DNA of 64,000 nucleotides from Antedon mediterranea. Taxonomy: Eukaryota; Animalia; Echinodermata. The translations under genes and the position numbers were made by a program. The first letter of the stretch is position 1. Each line of letters begins with the position of its first letter. Positions 63,585 through 64,000 of this stretch are shown here, in pieces. The stretch lies in contig NC_092680.1 of the NCBI RefSeq assembly GCF_964355755.1, positions 6,076,001 to 6,140,000 on the forward strand, in the 5' to 3' direction. Below the pieces are notes generated by a model. That model was not told the DNA's origin and did not search any database. It was given only the letters and a program-made list of their open reading frames with translations.

Positions 63585-64000
63585 TTTACTTTTTGGTATA
63601 AGTATTCAAGCTAAAAGAATGATAATAGTAGGCAACAGATCAGGTAGGTAGCCTGGTTCCATAAAGTTTTCTCTAGATCAGACTCCTTACTCCTTCACAC
63701 ACAACAAACATAGGAGATGACCATGTCTCTGTTCTGATGACAGCAGCTGCTGGTGGGATCCTACCAATGTTGTCAGTTGGTGAAACTTCAGTTAATTATT
63801 TGCTAAAACCTCACAATCATCCACTAAAACAATCATCCAAACAGAATTCCGTTCTTCTCCATTTGGTTTAGGTAAAACTAATGTGATAATAAACAATAAA
63901 AAGGTATCTGCTTGTCCTTTTGTGTGTAAATCTCTGATTACTAAGCGATCTTGTGACTTCTTCAATTCCTTGTACTTTAAATAACCTTTGACCTCAGTGT

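Overview
AT-rich, intron-containing animal genomic DNA. The gene set, repeats and mir-9/miR-79 sequence suggest an invertebrate deuterostome such as an echinoderm (inference). Positions 1-31 kb are a gene-poor desert. It holds a mir-9/miR-79 hairpin on the minus strand (about 22.6 kb), a PPWD1 pseudogene fragment missed by the ORF track, and many MITEs, SINEs and tandem repeats. Positions 31-64 kb hold, in order: a 10-exon B-type lamin (CaaX CILM); a birth-and-death island with a decayed short-TLR copy, four intronless chemoreceptor-like GPCR copies (one intact) and a two-exon short TLR broken by one in-frame TAA; metaxin-1 (7 exons, minus); ADP-dependent glucokinase (6 exons, plus, head-to-head with metaxin); and a single-exon ZIP1/3 zinc transporter. 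The most notable observations are: (1) the lamin gene next to mir-9 has a perfect 8-mer miR-9 site in its 3'UTR, echoing mammalian miR-9 repression of lamin A; (2) the gene set matches the human 1q/5q/15q/19p paralogon; (3) dispersed 26-38 bp palindromes with 7-bp TSDs look like P-element excision footprints. All exon structures and family calls were made by eye; no searches were run.
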